64,000 nucleotides of DNA from an uncultured Gammaproteobacteria bacterium (GCA_947258655.1 CAMYJD010000001.1:17242-81241), one strand, 5' to 3'. Shown: positions 53,732 through 64,000, counted from the stretch's first letter. Program-made: numbers and translations. The notes: generated from the sequence alone by a model not told the origin.

Positions 53732-54099
53732 TTCGCTATAACCTTTACTTCTTCCTCGAATACGCCAACGATATCATAGGGCTTGATAAATGTTGTACGA
53801 TGCTCATATTCAATGGTCACGGTAAGAACACCCTTTTCATTCTTGATATGTATATTATCTTTGTTCACAGCTTTAACATCATCAATATTGAACTGCTTGA
53901 TCAGGATACTTAGCACTTCACTCTTCGGCATTTTGGTAACCTGTGGTACCTGGTGTAGACGCTCCAGCGCTGCGCGTACTTTATAGGCTTCCAGCTGTAT
54001 AGGTATTACTTTCAAACCGGTCAATATGAAAAAGCCGATCAGAACCAAAACTGTCAACCAACCTATACCGGTCATACCTTTCTGTTTATTATGTATCAT
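53728..54099 (-). CDS. DUF4845-family small membrane-anchored protein (the conserved lepB-rnc spacer gene)
   Basis: 123 aa with an N-terminal TM segment. Its position between lepB and rnc matches Pseudomonas PA0769. Confidence 0.65.
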   Translation of the reverse strand: MIHNKQKGMTGIGWLTVLVLIGFFILTGLKVIPIQLEAYKVRAALERLHQVPQVTKMPKSEVLSILIKQFNIDDVKAVNKDNIHIKNEKGVLTVTIEYEHRTTFIKPYDIVGVFEEEVKVIAN

Positions 54100-54117
54100 A
54101 ATCCGACCTCTTCAGTG

Positions 54118-54909
54118 TTACTCTATCGTTTGCCCTATTCGCGATGTATCCAGTCCATCACCATCAGAATCCCAGTGCATCCAGATCATAAATGCCTTGC
54201 CTACCAGATTTTCATCAGGCACAGCACACCAGAAACGGCTGTCATTACTATAATCCCTGTTATCGCCCATGACAAAGTAATGTCCCGCGGGCACCTCGAA
54301 ATAGCGGCCATCCTGCATACAGGGGTACGCATAATCGGGTTGTTCTTCCCTAACCAGAATCTTATGACTGACGCTATCGATCGCTTCATCGCTGATCCTG
54401 GTGCCGGTATAGTTAACCCCTGAACCTGAGCCTATATAGATACCATGCTGTTTGTAATCCAGTTTCTTCCCATTTATATAGAGCATTTTACCAACGTATT
54501 CAATACGATCACCCGGCAATCCGATGACACGTTTGATATAATCGGTGCCCGGATCGGCCGGATACCTGAACACAAGCACATCTCCACGCTGTGGATCTTC
54601 ATTATCCATTATTTTTTTATTAATCACCGGCAACCTGATCCCATAGGCATATTTATTGACCAGAATAAAATCGCCGGCCAACAAGGTCGGCATCATCGAA
54701 CCCGACGGGATTCTGAACGGTTCAAATAAAAATGATCGCAATAACAGTACGACCAGGATAATCGGAAAAAATGAGCGGGCATATTCGACGATGACCGGTT
54801 CCTTTTCCTTGTCTTCCCTGCGGGGCTTCCACAGCAGAACATCGGCCAGCCATATCAATCCGGTCACAACTGATGCCAGAAATAAAATCGTCGGAAAATC
54901 AAAATTCAT
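54118..54909 (-). CDS. lepB: Signal peptidase I
   Basis: 263 aa, catalytic Ser box 'PSGSMMPTL', 'GDNRDYSNDSRFWC'. Confidence 0.92.
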   Translation of the reverse strand: MNFDFPTILFLASVVTGLIWLADVLLWKPRREDKEKEPVIVEYARSFFPIILVVLLLRSFLFEPFRIPSGSMMPTLLAGDFILVNKYAYGIRLPVINKKIMDNEDPQRGDVLVFRYPADPGTDYIKRVIGLPGDRIEYVGKMLYINGKKLDYKQHGIYIGSGSGVNYTGTRISDEAIDSVSHKILVREEQPDYAYPCMQDGRYFEVPAGHYFVMGDNRDYSNDSRFWCAVPDENLVGKAFMIWMHWDSDGDGLDTSRIGQTIE

Positions 54910-54937
54910 AACATTACCTCAGGTCCTGAACCCGGAA

Positions 54938-56734
54938 TTATTTTTTATCACTTACTCTTAACACCGCTAAAAATGCCTCCTGCGGTATCTCGACCTTGCC
55001 AACCTGCTTCATACGCTTTTTACCCGCTTTCTGTTTCTCCAGCAGTTTTCTCTTACGGGTAATATCACCACCGTAACACTTGGCTGTGACATTTTTTCGT
55101 AAGGCCTTGACCGTGGTGCGTGCGATTATTTGCGCACCTATAGCGGACTGGATGGCTACATCGAACATCTGCCGTGGAATGATCTCACGCATTTTTTCGG
55201 CCAGCTCACGCCCCCTGCGTTGACTGTGCTCTCTGTGTATGATGTTCGACAAGGCATCCACGCGCTCACCATTAATCAGCACATCCAGCTTGACCAGATC
55301 GGCGGACTGGAAACGCAGAAAATGATAATCAAATGAAGCATAGCCGCGACTGACAGATTTGAGACGATCAAAAAAGTCGAGCACTACCTCACTCATCGGC
55401 ATTTCATAGACAATGGAAACCTGTTTACCCATGTACTGCATGTTTTTCTGCACACCGCGTTTTTCTATACACAAACTTATGACGGCGCCAACATAGTCCT
55501 GAGGTACAAGAATATTGGCCTGAATTATCGGCTCACGGATCTCATCGATCTTGTTAACTGCCGGAAGGCTGGACGGATTATCGATGGACAGGATCTCTCC
55601 ACTGGTTGCCAACACCTCATAGATAACCGTCGGTGCTGTTGTTATCAGATCAAGATCGTACTCTCGTTCCAGCCTCTCCTGTACGATTTCCATATGCAAC
55701 ATGCCGAGAAAACCAATACGGAAACCAAATCCGAGTGCATCGGATGTTTCAGGCTCGTACTGCAGGGCAGAATCATTGAGGCGTAGCTTTTGTAACGCCT
55801 CCCTGAAATCTTCATAGTCATCCGAACTAACCGGAAACAGTCCGGCGAATACACGCGGCTGTAATTTCTGGAAACCGGGCAGTGCTTCATCTGATGGATT
55901 AGCAAAGGTTGTCAGGGTATCACCCACAGGTGCACCATCGACATCCTTGATACCTGCAATAACAAAACCGACATCGCCAGCAGATAAACCGTCCGTATTT
56001 GTGCGCTTGGGTGTAAAAATGCCCACATGGTCGACCTGATAGGTCGTACCTGTAGACATGACCTTTATTTTCTGTTTTGGCTTTATACTGCCATTGATGA
56101 TACGCACAAGTGAAATAACACCGACAAAATTATCGAACCATGAATCGATAATCAGTGCCTGCAGGGGTTTGTCAACATCACCCTCTGGAGCCGGTATTCT
56201 GTGAACCAGATGGTTAAGCAGGTCCTCGACACCAAGGCCGGTCTTGGCACTGACCTCGATTGCATCAACGGCCTCAATGCCGATTATGTCCTCAATCTCC
56301 TGAATGACACGTTCCGGTTCCGCAGAGGGCAGATCGATTTTATTTAATACCGGCACCACTTCCAGTCCCAGATCGATGGCGGTATAACAATTGGCCACAC
56401 TCTGGGCTTCTACCCCCTGCGATGCATCCACAACTAGTAGAGCGCCCTCACAGGCTGCCAGTGACCGTGAAACCTCATAAGAGAAATCGACATGTCCCGG
56501 TGTATCGATAAAGTTCAGTTTGTAAGTGTTCCCGTCCTGGGCCTTGTAATCCAGCGAAACACACTGTGCCTTGATGGTAATACCCCGCTCGCGTTCCAGG
56601 TCCATCGAATCCAGCACCTGTGCCTGCATCTCACGATCACTGAGGCCACCACATATCTGGATAAAACGGTCAGCCAGTGTTGACTTGCCATGATCGATAT
56701 GGGCAATAATGGAAAAATTTCGAATATACTGCAT
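54938..56734 (-). CDS. lepA: Elongation factor 4 (LepA)
   Basis: 598 aa, '[20 protein letters not shown]', near-canonical. Confidence 0.97.
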   Translation of the reverse strand: MQYIRNFSIIAHIDHGKSTLADRFIQICGGLSDREMQAQVLDSMDLERERGITIKAQCVSLDYKAQDGNTYKLNFIDTPGHVDFSYEVSRSLAACEGALLVVDASQGVEAQSVANCYTAIDLGLEVVPVLNKIDLPSAEPERVIQEIEDIIGIEAVDAIEVSAKTGLGVEDLLNHLVHRIPAPEGDVDKPLQALIIDSWFDNFVGVISLVRIINGSIKPKQKIKVMSTGTTYQVDHVGIFTPKRTNTDGLSAGDVGFVIAGIKDVDGAPVGDTLTTFANPSDEALPGFQKLQPRVFAGLFPVSSDDYEDFREALQKLRLNDSALQYEPETSDALGFGFRIGFLGMLHMEIVQERLEREYDLDLITTAPTVIYEVLATSGEILSIDNPSSLPAVNKIDEIREPIIQANILVPQDYVGAVISLCIEKRGVQKNMQYMGKQVSIVYEMPMSEVVLDFFDRLKSVSRGYASFDYHFLRFQSADLVKLDVLINGERVDALSNIIHREHSQRRGRELAEKMREIIPRQMFDVAIQSAIGAQIIARTTVKALRKNVTAKCYGGDITRKRKLLEKQKAGKKRMKQVGKVEIPQEAFLAVLRVSDKK

Positions 56735-56735
56735 A

Positions 56736-56987
56736 TTATTTTGTTGCTAGTTTGCCCATTAGCTCCCTGAAACGTTTTACGTCCAGGTAGAAATGACACA
56801 CTTCCTGTTGCTGGCACACTAACACTGGTACCTTGTTACCGTATTGTCTCTCAAGATCATCTTTACCTGTAATCTCGATTGTAGAAACATCAATTTCATA
56901 CTCATTTGCGAGAATTTCCAGATGCTCCAGCATTTCATCACATAGATGACACCCATAGCGAATATAAACCTGAAACTGTACTGACAT
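56736..56987 (-). CDS. Glutaredoxin-like / thioredoxin-fold protein (DUF836-like) with a CxxC motif
   Basis: 83 aa, '[12 protein letters not shown]...VPVLV'. Its stop lies 1 nt from the lepA start. Confidence 0.6.
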   Translation of the reverse strand: MSVQFQVYIRYGCHLCDEMLEHLEILANEYEIDVSTIEITGKDDLERQYGNKVPVLVCQQQEVCHFYLDVKRFRELMGKLATK

Positions 56988-57242
56988 TATCCTGCTCGCG
57001 CCGTCATTGCTAGAAGGAAAAATGGCCCCTGAAATACCCGCAGACCGTTACAGTGACAATTGCCGCCATAATCAATTCATTATACCGTGTAAACAGTAGT
57101 ACAGGCCAGCCGTATTTCCTCCCGAAATCATATATTTGGCATACATTTAGGTAACCTGCCCAGACGCACAAGTCAAATGTCCGATGCAGACAAATACATA
57201 TCCCGTATCGGGCTTAGCAGGAGGAGGTATCCTGGGACAGGA

Positions 57243-57695
57243 TTAGTGAATCCGACGCAAGATTACCGGCTGATATTGCGATTGCCGTTCAGCCTTGTTG
57301 ATATAATATTTTTGCAGGACCCTGAAGCTGCCGATCAGGCCAGCAAGACCAAATAACATACTGACTGCATCCCTGTGCCCCCAACCCAGTGCATTATCGA
57401 GATAGGCACCTGCAATTGCTGCGCCAATCAGGCATAGTAAGGGCAGCATATAGATCAAAAATGAACCCTTGACGAGTGCCTGTTCCGGGATACCGACCAC
57501 AACCCGCTCCCCTGCCTTAACGTCGTGGTTATTGATAACCCGCAGCCGATTTGGCTTGCGCTTGAACCACTTCTGCAAACTGGCAGTACCGCAGGCCTGG
57601 TTGGCAGCACAATGGGAACAACTGTTGCTGCTGGCCGCCTCAACCCAGGCGTAACGCTCATCGGCCTCGACAATCTGCCCGGTTTCCTCGATCAT
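57243..57695 (-). CDS. rseC: Sigma-E regulatory protein RseC/MucC
   Basis: 150 aa. Cys-rich N-terminus 'CSHCAANQAC' and two TM helices. Confidence 0.75.
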   Translation of the reverse strand: MIEETGQIVEADERYAWVEAASSNSCSHCAANQACGTASLQKWFKRKPNRLRVINNHDVKAGERVVVGIPEQALVKGSFLIYMLPLLCLIGAAIAGAYLDNALGWGHRDAVSMLFGLAGLIGSFRVLQKYYINKAERQSQYQPVILRRIH

Positions 57696-57697
57696 GA

Positions 57698-58672
57698 TCA
57701 GCGCCCTGAATAGCGTACGGAATCAGCGATCATTTTGATCGCTGCGCGTGGCGCTTCACCGACAACCGTTACATAATGATTGGACATAACCGTGGTATAG
57801 GCATTCACGGCGCCGATACTGGAAAAACCCTTCATCATGGGTTTGCCGCTGTTCATCTCTTCAATATAGACCGAAACAGATGAAATCCCGTCGGTAAACA
57901 TCAGGTGCTCAACCGGCATACGACTGGTAGGCAAGCCATGGGTCTCGTGCATCCCCTGCATATATCCTGCCGGTAACTTCATCACCTTCCATTGACTTTG
58001 CTGCTGGCCTGAGCTCTGTGCAGATTTTTCTTCCTTGAACCATTGAAACCCCTGCGAACTGATGGTTGGCTCAAGACTTTCACCCGGTATATGCTCCTTG
58101 ATGCTGATTTGGGTAAACATAACCTGTTCCACCGCGTCTCCATTCTCGTTAACCAGGTCTGATTTTAGTAACATCCCGCTCTGTTCATCCACCCACAGAT
58201 GATATCCATAACGGTAAGGGTCCTTTGGATGTACATCTATCATGATGGCCTGCCTGCCTGTCATGCGCTCCTTGCCAACAACGCTGAAGGTATAATAGCG
58301 TTTCAGATCCGTGGTCACATGTTGCAGGCCGGTTGGAAGATAGTTTTTCGGCAGGCTCTTTTCAACTACGACGGATTTACTGTCAGGCAGGATACAGATC
58401 AGACGATCATTATTTCTGAGAATTTCACGTGGGGCGCCGGCCAATGATAATAGTCGTTCCTTCTCGGTTCCATTTTCATTGCTGTGCACAATGTGCATGG
58501 TTTCCATTTGTTTACCGTGGATAAAAACAAAAATTCCTTCATAATTCAGTGTTTTCATCGCCACAGACATCCGTTCCAGCAGTGCCTGTGCGCGCTTCTC
58601 ACTGGAATCAGCTGCAGCCTGGGCAGCAAACAATACAAACCAGGCAGCGACAAGGTTTCTTAACAATAACAT
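57698..58672 (-). CDS. rseB: Sigma-E regulatory protein RseB/MucB
   Basis: 324 aa. Signal peptide and a LolA-like fold ('YEGIFVFIHGKQME'). Confidence 0.85.
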   Translation of the reverse strand: MLLLRNLVAAWFVLFAAQAAADSSEKRAQALLERMSVAMKTLNYEGIFVFIHGKQMETMHIVHSNENGTEKERLLSLAGAPREILRNNDRLICILPDSKSVVVEKSLPKNYLPTGLQHVTTDLKRYYTFSVVGKERMTGRQAIMIDVHPKDPYRYGYHLWVDEQSGMLLKSDLVNENGDAVEQVMFTQISIKEHIPGESLEPTISSQGFQWFKEEKSAQSSGQQQSQWKVMKLPAGYMQGMHETHGLPTSRMPVEHLMFTDGISSVSVYIEEMNSGKPMMKGFSSIGAVNAYTTVMSNHYVTVVGEAPRAAIKMIADSVRYSGR

Positions 58673-58714
58673 CCCGACTTTAATCCTTAGCTACAAAAGC
58701 CACGTAAATATAAT

Positions 58715-59278
58715 TTATCGATCCTGTCTGCTGTCATAGCCGGCGATCCGGGCATAATTGATCATCCCTTGCAGGCTGATGCCGGACGTGTACTCGCTAT
58801 GATTAACCAGGTAACCATTCAAACGGTTTTCTGTCTCCGGCTGCTGCATATTCCAGCGTGTACCCGATACACGTTGTATCGATGTTGCAGGCTGTGTCTG
58901 CGCCAGGCGTGGCGCGTCCTGATAGGGAGATTGCCCCTGACCAATATTCTGCAGACCGATGATTGCCATTGCCGCGACCGATGCAGCAATCGCCAATCCG
59001 GCAACCGGCTTCATCATCCTGAGCCCAGCCACCGATGATTGTGATGTGGATACAATGGCGGGTTCACGCTCAATCTCATGCCTGATATCCTCGCGTAAGT
59101 CCGGATGCGCTGCCGCATTGAGATTATGTCGTATGGCATCGCCAATAAGCTGATAACGGCTCCAGGATGATTGCATCTGTGGATCTCGTTGCAAGCGATG
59201 CAGTAACAGCTCCTGCTCCTGATCTTCCAACTCTTCATCGAACATTGCCGATATCTGTTCACCGATTTTTTCATTCAT
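58715..59278 (-). CDS. rseA: Anti-sigma-E factor RseA/MucA
   Basis: Starts 'MNEKIGEQISAMFDEELEDQEQELLL...MQSSWSRYQLIGDAIR' with one central TM helix. Start chosen at the internal ATG. Confidence 0.75.
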   Translation of the reverse strand: MNEKIGEQISAMFDEELEDQEQELLLHRLQRDPQMQSSWSRYQLIGDAIRHNLNAAAHPDLREDIRHEIEREPAIVSTSQSSVAGLRMMKPVAGLAIAASVAAMAIIGLQNIGQGQSPYQDAPRLAQTQPATSIQRVSGTRWNMQQPETENRLNGYLVNHSEYTSGISLQGMINYARIAGYDSRQDR

Positions 59279-59351
59279 TACTGCATGCCTCAAATCTATC
59301 TGTTACAAAGGTATTTCACCGCCGGCTCTTGCCTGTTTGCATCGAACCGGA

Positions 59352-59924
59352 TTATAACAACGGTTTCAATTTCGCATCTATCGCCTCACGCGCCCTGAAT
59401 ATCCTTGAGCGCACGGTTCCGACCGGACAGTCCATTGCTGTAGCTATATCCTCATAACTCAAACCTTCAATCTCACGCAGGGTAATAGCCGTGCGTAAAT
59501 CCTCGGGTAGATCTTCTATTGCCTGATTGACGGTGTTTTGTATTTCCTCCGTCAGTAACATCCTTTCTGGCGTAGCATTTTCTCGTAAAGATCCTGCATC
59601 CATAAATTGTTCAGCCTCCTCGGCAGCCACGTCATTACCCGGGGGGCGCCTGCTCTGCGCCACCAGGTAGTTCTTGGCAGTATTAATGGCGATACGATAG
59701 ATCCACGTATAAAACGCACTGTCACCACGAAAATTTCCCAATGCCCGGTAGGCCTTAAGGAAAGCTTCCTGGGCAACATCCTGTGCCTCATGCGGATCAT
59801 GGACAAAACGGCTGACGAGATTGACTATCTTGCTCTGGTACTTCAGTACCAGCAGATCAAACGCATGCTTGTCGCCATTCTGCACTTTCCTGACCAGTTC
59901 CTGGTCAACATTTTTTCCTGCCAT
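59352..59924 (-). CDS. rpoE: RNA polymerase sigma-E factor (sigma-24)
   Basis: About 190 aa from 'MAGKNVDQELVRKVQNGDKHAFDLLVLKYQ'. The ORF-track upstream extension was rejected. The start coordinate is within 1 nt. Confidence 0.9.
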   Translation of the reverse strand: MAGKNVDQELVRKVQNGDKHAFDLLVLKYQSKIVNLVSRFVHDPHEAQDVAQEAFLKAYRALGNFRGDSAFYTWIYRIAINTAKNYLVAQSRRPPGNDVAAEEAEQFMDAGSLRENATPERMLLTEEIQNTVNQAIEDLPEDLRTAITLREIEGLSYEDIATAMDCPVGTVRSRIFRAREAIDAKLKPLL

Positions 59925-59972
59925 CAGGGCCTTTCCCCTTGTCCTGGAATTCACCCCTGACCAACACTGAAT

Positions 59973-60000
59973 ATTGACAGCGAGAATAGGGCTTAGTTCG
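59973..60000 (-). promoter_or_regulatory. Candidate sigma-E-type autoregulatory promoter upstream of rpoE
   Basis: On the minus strand, 'cGAACTA'-N16-'TCAAT' resembles the sigma-E consensus GGAACTT-N16-TCAAA. Confidence 0.3.
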
Positions 60001-60181
60001 GCTGCTAATTTAAATAACGGCCTATTTTCAACTATTTGAACTGATTTAACAATGATCGCCCGTGAACCATCCATTGACTGGGCCCGCTTAAGGATAAAAT
60101 CCTTGCCAAGGTACCCGAATATCCAGACCAAACCCGATTCCCTGTTGAACATGGGCCATGGTCTGTTGCACTATGTATAAT

Positions 60182-61801
60182 ATGAACAAATACAATAAAT
60201 TCGATGTATTAATCATTGGTAGCGGCGTTGCAGGATTGAGTCTTGCACTCCGACTGAACCCCCGTCTAAGGGTGGCACTGCTATCCAAAACACGCTTGTC
60301 GGAAGGTTCCAGTCTTTACGCCCAGGGAGGCATTGCTGCGGTCCTCGACAAGGAGGACAGCTATGAATCCCATATACAGGACACCCTTAATGCCGGTGCC
60401 GGTCTGTGCTCAGCCGAGATTGTACGCCATGTCGTCGAGCATGGCCCGCAAGCCATTCAATGGCTGATAGATCAAAAGGTGCCGTTCAGCTTTATCGACG
60501 ATAATCATCCGGAATCCGGATACCACCTGACCCGCGAAGGCGGTCACAGCCACCGTCGGGTCATTCATGCCGCCGACGCGACCGGATATGCGGTCGAAAA
60601 CACGCTCGAGCAACAGGTTAAATCAAGAAATAACATCCAACTGTTTGAAAACCATATCGCGATCGACCTGATTACAGGTGCCAAACTGGGATTGCAACAA
60701 GACCGTTGCTATGGCGCATATGTGCTCGATCGGGATAAAAACCACACCGAGGTATTCGAGGCACCCTATGTCGTGCTGGCCAGTGGTGGTGCCAGCAAGG
60801 TATATCTGTATACCAGCAATCCTGATACATCGACCGGCGATGGCATCGCAATGGCCTGGCGCGCCGGCTGCAGGGTCGCCAACATGGAATTCAACCAGTT
60901 CCACCCCACCTGTCTCTATCACCCCAGGGCAAAATCATTCCTGGTCACCGAGGCGTTACGAGGCGAAGGTGCACGGCTGTTACTTCCCGATGGCCATCGC
61001 TTCATGCAGGAATTTGACGAACGCGCCGAACTCGCACCACGGGATATCGTGGCGCGCGCAATCGACCATGAAATGAAGCGCCTGGGTGCCGATTTCGTCT
61101 ATCTGGATATCAGCCACAAACCGACAGAATTTATCAAACACCACTTTCCGACAATTTACGCCAAGTGCCTGGAGTTCGATTACGATATCAGCGAAGAACC
61201 GATCCCGGTGGTTCCGGCAGCGCATTATACTTGCGGCGGTGTCATGACCGACCTGGCGGGCAAAACCGACCTGTCAGGCCTGTATGCTAGCGGAGAAACG
61301 GCGTTTACCGGCCTGCACGGCGCCAACCGTATGGCCAGTAATTCATTACTCGAATGCCTGGTATTTTCCGCCGCAGCAGCCGAAGATATCAATAGCGAAG
61401 CTGCGACGACCATCCAGATACCCAACTTACCCGCCTGGGATGAAAGTCGGGTAACGGATTCCGATGAAGAGGTCGTCGTTTCGCATAACTGGGACGAACT
61501 GAGACGCTTTATGTGGGACTACGTCGGTATCGTGCGTACCAATAAACGCCTGCAGCGTGCCAAAAGCCGGGTTGACCTGCTGTTGCATGAGATCAATGAA
61601 TATTATGGTAATTTTCGCATTACCAGCGATCTGATCGAGCTGCGCAATCTTGCCGTGGTCGCAGATCTGATCATTCGCTCGGCACAGTCACGCCGTGAAA
61701 GCAGGGGCCTGCATTATACCCTCGATTACCCGCAGACCGATCTGACCTCTACACCCCACAATACGGTTCTGACACCAACTCACAAGCGTGCAACTGAGTA
61801 G
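60182..61801 (+). CDS. nadB: L-aspartate oxidase
   Basis: Starts '[25 protein letters not shown]', an FAD-binding Rossmann motif. Divergent from rpoE, as in E. coli and Pseudomonas. Confidence 0.93.
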   Translation: MNKYNKFDVLIIGSGVAGLSLALRLNPRLRVALLSKTRLSEGSSLYAQGGIAAVLDKEDSYESHIQDTLNAGAGLCSAEIVRHVVEHGPQAIQWLIDQKVPFSFIDDNHPESGYHLTREGGHSHRRVIHAADATGYAVENTLEQQVKSRNNIQLFENHIAIDLITGAKLGLQQDRCYGAYVLDRDKNHTEVFEAPYVVLASGGASKVYLYTSNPDTSTGDGIAMAWRAGCRVANMEFNQFHPTCLYHPRAKSFLVTEALRGEGARLLLPDGHRFMQEFDERAELAPRDIVARAIDHEMKRLGADFVYLDISHKPTEFIKHHFPTIYAKCLEFDYDISEEPIPVVPAAHYTCGGVMTDLAGKTDLSGLYASGETAFTGLHGANRMASNSLLECLVFSAAAAEDINSEAATTIQIPNLPAWDESRVTDSDEEVVVSHNWDELRRFMWDYVGIVRTNKRLQRAKSRVDLLLHEINEYYGNFRITSDLIELRNLAVVADLIIRSAQSRRESRGLHYTLDYPQTDLTSTPHNTVLTPTHKRATE

Positions 61802-61866
61802 CTAGACTGATGATTACATGCCACATTGCTGGCATTCAGGAAACGGGAAACAGTATAGGTACGGCC

Positions 61867-61888
61867 ATATGTAGCAATTGCTACATAT
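61867..61888. promoter_or_regulatory. 22-bp perfect palindrome; candidate operator for the downstream Xre-family antitoxin
   Basis: 'atatgtagcaa|ttgctacatat' lies 43 nt upstream of the antitoxin ATG. A related half-site, 'atatagcaatata', sits at 61905-61918. Confidence 0.5.
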
Positions 61889-61930
61889 ATGGTCTATTAT
61901 GTGTATATAGCAATATACGTGAGAATCCAC

Positions 61931-62302
61931 ATGAAAACCATTGAAAAGATTCGGCCAGCTCAGAAGACTGTACTTTGCAAGGCATTCTTCAATTGTCAGC
62001 AAGCGCTGGGCATGACCCAGGAAGACCTGGGCCGGGTCATCGGCCTGGACCGGACCACCGTATCGCGGCTCAAATCACGCGGGGAACTGGACCCCGAATC
62101 GAAAGAAGGTGAACTGGCTGCCTTCCTGATCCGCATTTACCGTTCACTGTATGCATTAACGGGTGGCGACCAGCAGGCCATGCAACACTGGATGCAGACC
62201 GACAATCATCACCTGAACGGACGCCCGCTCAATCTGGTGGGACAGATCCAGGGCTTGATACGTACTCTGGAATACCTCGATGCGATCAGGGGAAAAGTGT
62301 AG
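61931..62302 (+). CDS. Type II antitoxin: Xre-family HTH plus the DUF2384 (ParS/MbcA-type) toxin-binding domain
   Basis: 123 aa. HTH 'LGMTQEDLGRVIGLDRTTVSRL'. C-terminal 'HWMQTDNHHLNGRPLNLV...' is typical of RES-toxin antitoxins. Its stop abuts the toxin ATG. Confidence 0.78.
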   Translation: MKTIEKIRPAQKTVLCKAFFNCQQALGMTQEDLGRVIGLDRTTVSRLKSRGELDPESKEGELAAFLIRIYRSLYALTGGDQQAMQHWMQTDNHHLNGRPLNLVGQIQGLIRTLEYLDAIRGKV

Positions 62303-63061
62303 ATGACGGACATCTGGACGGCGTGTGCAGGCCAGGAGCGATCCCGGAGATTGGATACGCTGGCCTTTCGTATTATCGAATCACAGGAAAAAGTGGCGAC
62401 CATGACACTGGTCGATAGCACAGAAGAGCAGATGCTACTGGAAGCGATTCTGGAAGACAGCAAACCCCCAACTGTTAATAACCATGGAACGCATCATTAT
62501 CTGATCACAACTCCCTTCCGTTATCCGCCATTACGCCATGGCTCAAGGTTTGGATTGCGTACACGCCCGGGGCTCTATTACGGCTCACTGGAAACCAGGA
62601 CTGCACTGGCAGAATGTGCCTACTACCGCTTCGTGTTCTGGCAAGGCATGTCAGAACCACCGCCGCTACCACGCATCATGACGGATCACACCACGTTCGC
62701 GGTTACGGTCAAGACCGAAAAAGGTATTCTCCTGCACGAGCACCCTTTTACAGCCTTCAGGGAGCAAATCAGCAGCCCTGACAGCTATCAGGCCACCCAG
62801 GCACTAGGGGAAGCCATGCGTGGTGCGAATATCGAGGCCTTTACCTACCCTTCCGCGCGTGATAATGATAACGGAATTAATATCGGCATATATTCACCGA
62901 CAGCTATCAAAAGCAAGCGTCCATTACGCAAACAACTCTGGTCGTGCATTACCACCGCCGAACAGGTCTCGTTTATACGCCTGCATTCGAAAAACGACCC
63001 GTTCAACTTCCCGCTGCAACAGTTTTTGGCAAATGGGGTATTACCGATGCCCGCGTGTTAA
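62303..63061 (+). CDS. RES-domain toxin (ParT/MbcT family; NAD+-targeting)
   Basis: 252 aa. Arg in 'LRHGSRFG', Glu in 'GSLETRTA' and Ser in 'TYPSARD' fit the R-E-S signature. Confidence 0.75.
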   Translation: MTDIWTACAGQERSRRLDTLAFRIIESQEKVATMTLVDSTEEQMLLEAILEDSKPPTVNNHGTHHYLITTPFRYPPLRHGSRFGLRTRPGLYYGSLETRTALAECAYYRFVFWQGMSEPPPLPRIMTDHTTFAVTVKTEKGILLHEHPFTAFREQISSPDSYQATQALGEAMRGANIEAFTYPSARDNDNGINIGIYSPTAIKSKRPLRKQLWSCITTAEQVSFIRLHSKNDPFNFPLQQFLANGVLPMPAC

Positions 63062-63510
63062 CCTGATCGCAGTTTTTCCTCATGCTGCATCTCGTGGGAA
63101 ACCAATACAGCAATATCACTCATTTGCTCTGCGATTAGTTCGACAATATCATCCACTGACAATATGCCTTCCAGACCGCCGTGTTGGTTTACCACGGGTA
63201 GTCGCCTGATTCCTTTGCTACGCATCAACTTCAGGGCATCCGGAATCTTTGTATCCTCGTTGACGGTCAGCAATTCGTAACTCATAACGTCACCCACAGT
63301 GACAGCACCCGGATCAACATCTTTGGCAAGCATCTCCATAACAATGTCACGATCCGTCAAAATGCCTAATGGCACTGGCACATCTTCCTGCCTATCCACG
63401 ACGACAACATCACCCACATGATGACTGCGCATCAAGCCGATGGCTTCACGGACTGATTCCGTCTTTTCCATGATGACCACATTGCGAGTACAATATTCTC
63501 CGGCAGACAT
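63058..63510 (-). CDS. CBS-pair domain protein
   Basis: 150 aa with two CBS motifs ('...HHVGDVVVVD...', '...IRRLPVVN...'). Confidence 0.8.
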   Translation of the reverse strand: MSAGEYCTRNVVIMEKTESVREAIGLMRSHHVGDVVVVDRQEDVPVPLGILTDRDIVMEMLAKDVDPGAVTVGDVMSYELLTVNEDTKIPDALKLMRSKGIRRLPVVNQHGGLEGILSVDDIVELIAEQMSDIAVLVSHEMQHEEKLRSG

Positions 63511-63561
63511 AGAATTGTCCTTCTCTCTATACAGCTATGATATCGTCAATAGCAATCGGCA

Positions 63562-64000
63562 TTAATGTATATGGTGTTTTCCTTCAATATATACCGTACT
63601 TGCCTGGGCTCCATTCTCACCCATTTCTTCATTAAAATGCACCAGTTTACCGACTTCAAGCGCGTCAAAGTCATCGTTAATGACACTATTACGGTGAAAA
63701 TAGACCTCCCGATTATCCGAAGTTTCAATCACCCCATAGTCCTGCTCGGGATTAAGGGTCTTGATAAAGCCATGCGGTTCCATTTCATGTGTTTTAACCT
63801 TACCTCTACGACGCCTGACATAATCCTCCAGCTGTCGACGTGCCGCATCAAAAGCATCGCGCATCGCTACATAGATATCCTCATGTGCTTGATGCTTATC
63901 GGGATGACGATTGGCCAGGATCTCCTCACCGGGAAGGGTAATATCGATCGCAACGGTATACAGGTTACCCTTGTGATGATGTTTATGCGGGGCTTCGACA
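63562..64000 (-). CDS. hpf: Long-form ribosome hibernation promoting factor. Partial: the N-terminus runs beyond the window end.
   Basis: Reverse frame translates continuously to the window edge: '...HKHHHKGNLYTVAIDITLPGEEILANRHPDKHQAHEDIYVAMRDAFDAARRQLEDYVRRRRGK...'. This is the end of a RaiA-type domain, followed by the long-HPF C-terminal dimerisation domain 'GFIKTLNPEQDYGVIETSDNREVYFHRNSV'. Confidence 0.8.
   Translation of the reverse strand, partial: VEAPHKHHHKGNLYTVAIDITLPGEEILANRHPDKHQAHEDIYVAMRDAFDAARRQLEDYVRRRRGKVKTHEMEPHGFIKTLNPEQDYGVIETSDNREVYFHRNSVINDDFDALEVGKLVHFNEEMGENGAQASTVYIEGKHHIH

Noticed and set aside
60158-60181. Upstream starts for nadB ('MVCCTMYNM...')
   Set aside because: The Rossmann motif 'DVLIIGSG' should sit about 8 residues from the N-terminus, as in E. 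coli NadB. The ATG at 60182 was chosen.

Overview
This 64-kb window reads as core chromosome of a Gammaproteobacterium, about 50% GC with AT-rich intergenic spacers. It is densely packed with housekeeping genes, and I see no transposase, integrase, CRISPR array, rRNA or tRNA.

The gene order is a mosaic of blocks known from E. coli and Pseudomonas:
- rarA-lolA-ftsK, then ald and trxB.
- aat-bpt, then infA / clpA-clpS / cspD.
- nudix-mnmA, followed by an mlaF-E-D-A-C operon.
- hflD, acnA, purB-roxA.
- mfd-csiV.
- A long minus-strand run: mtnP-like, hpt, dsrE-like, mscS, nagZ, two ABC permeases, an SBP and a CYTH gene.
- rlmD / barA(gacS), cysM.
- pdxJ-recO-era-rnc-DUF4845-lepB-lepA.
- (glutaredoxin-like)-rseC-rseB-rseA-rpoE, divergent from nadB.

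Between these blocks sit lineage-specific insertions that deserve a second look:
- An Xre/RES (ParS/ParT, MbcA/MbcT-type) toxin-antitoxin pair between nadB and a CBS-pair gene, with a 22-bp perfect palindrome upstream.
- A CYTH-SBP-permease-permease-nagZ operon with no ATPase gene. I read it as a candidate muropeptide (peptidoglycan-recycling) importer.
- A DsrE-like gene translationally coupled to hpt.
- A small glutaredoxin-like gene coupled to lepA in the position that mucD/degP occupies in Pseudomonas.
- A roxA-GNAT-hypothetical three-gene module.
- A response regulator made of two receiver domains with no output domain.
- A 34-aa hydrophobic ORF inside a 522-bp spacer.
- Several intergenic hairpins and direct repeats.

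No single large, clearly novel multi-gene system is evident. These small modules are the best candidates.
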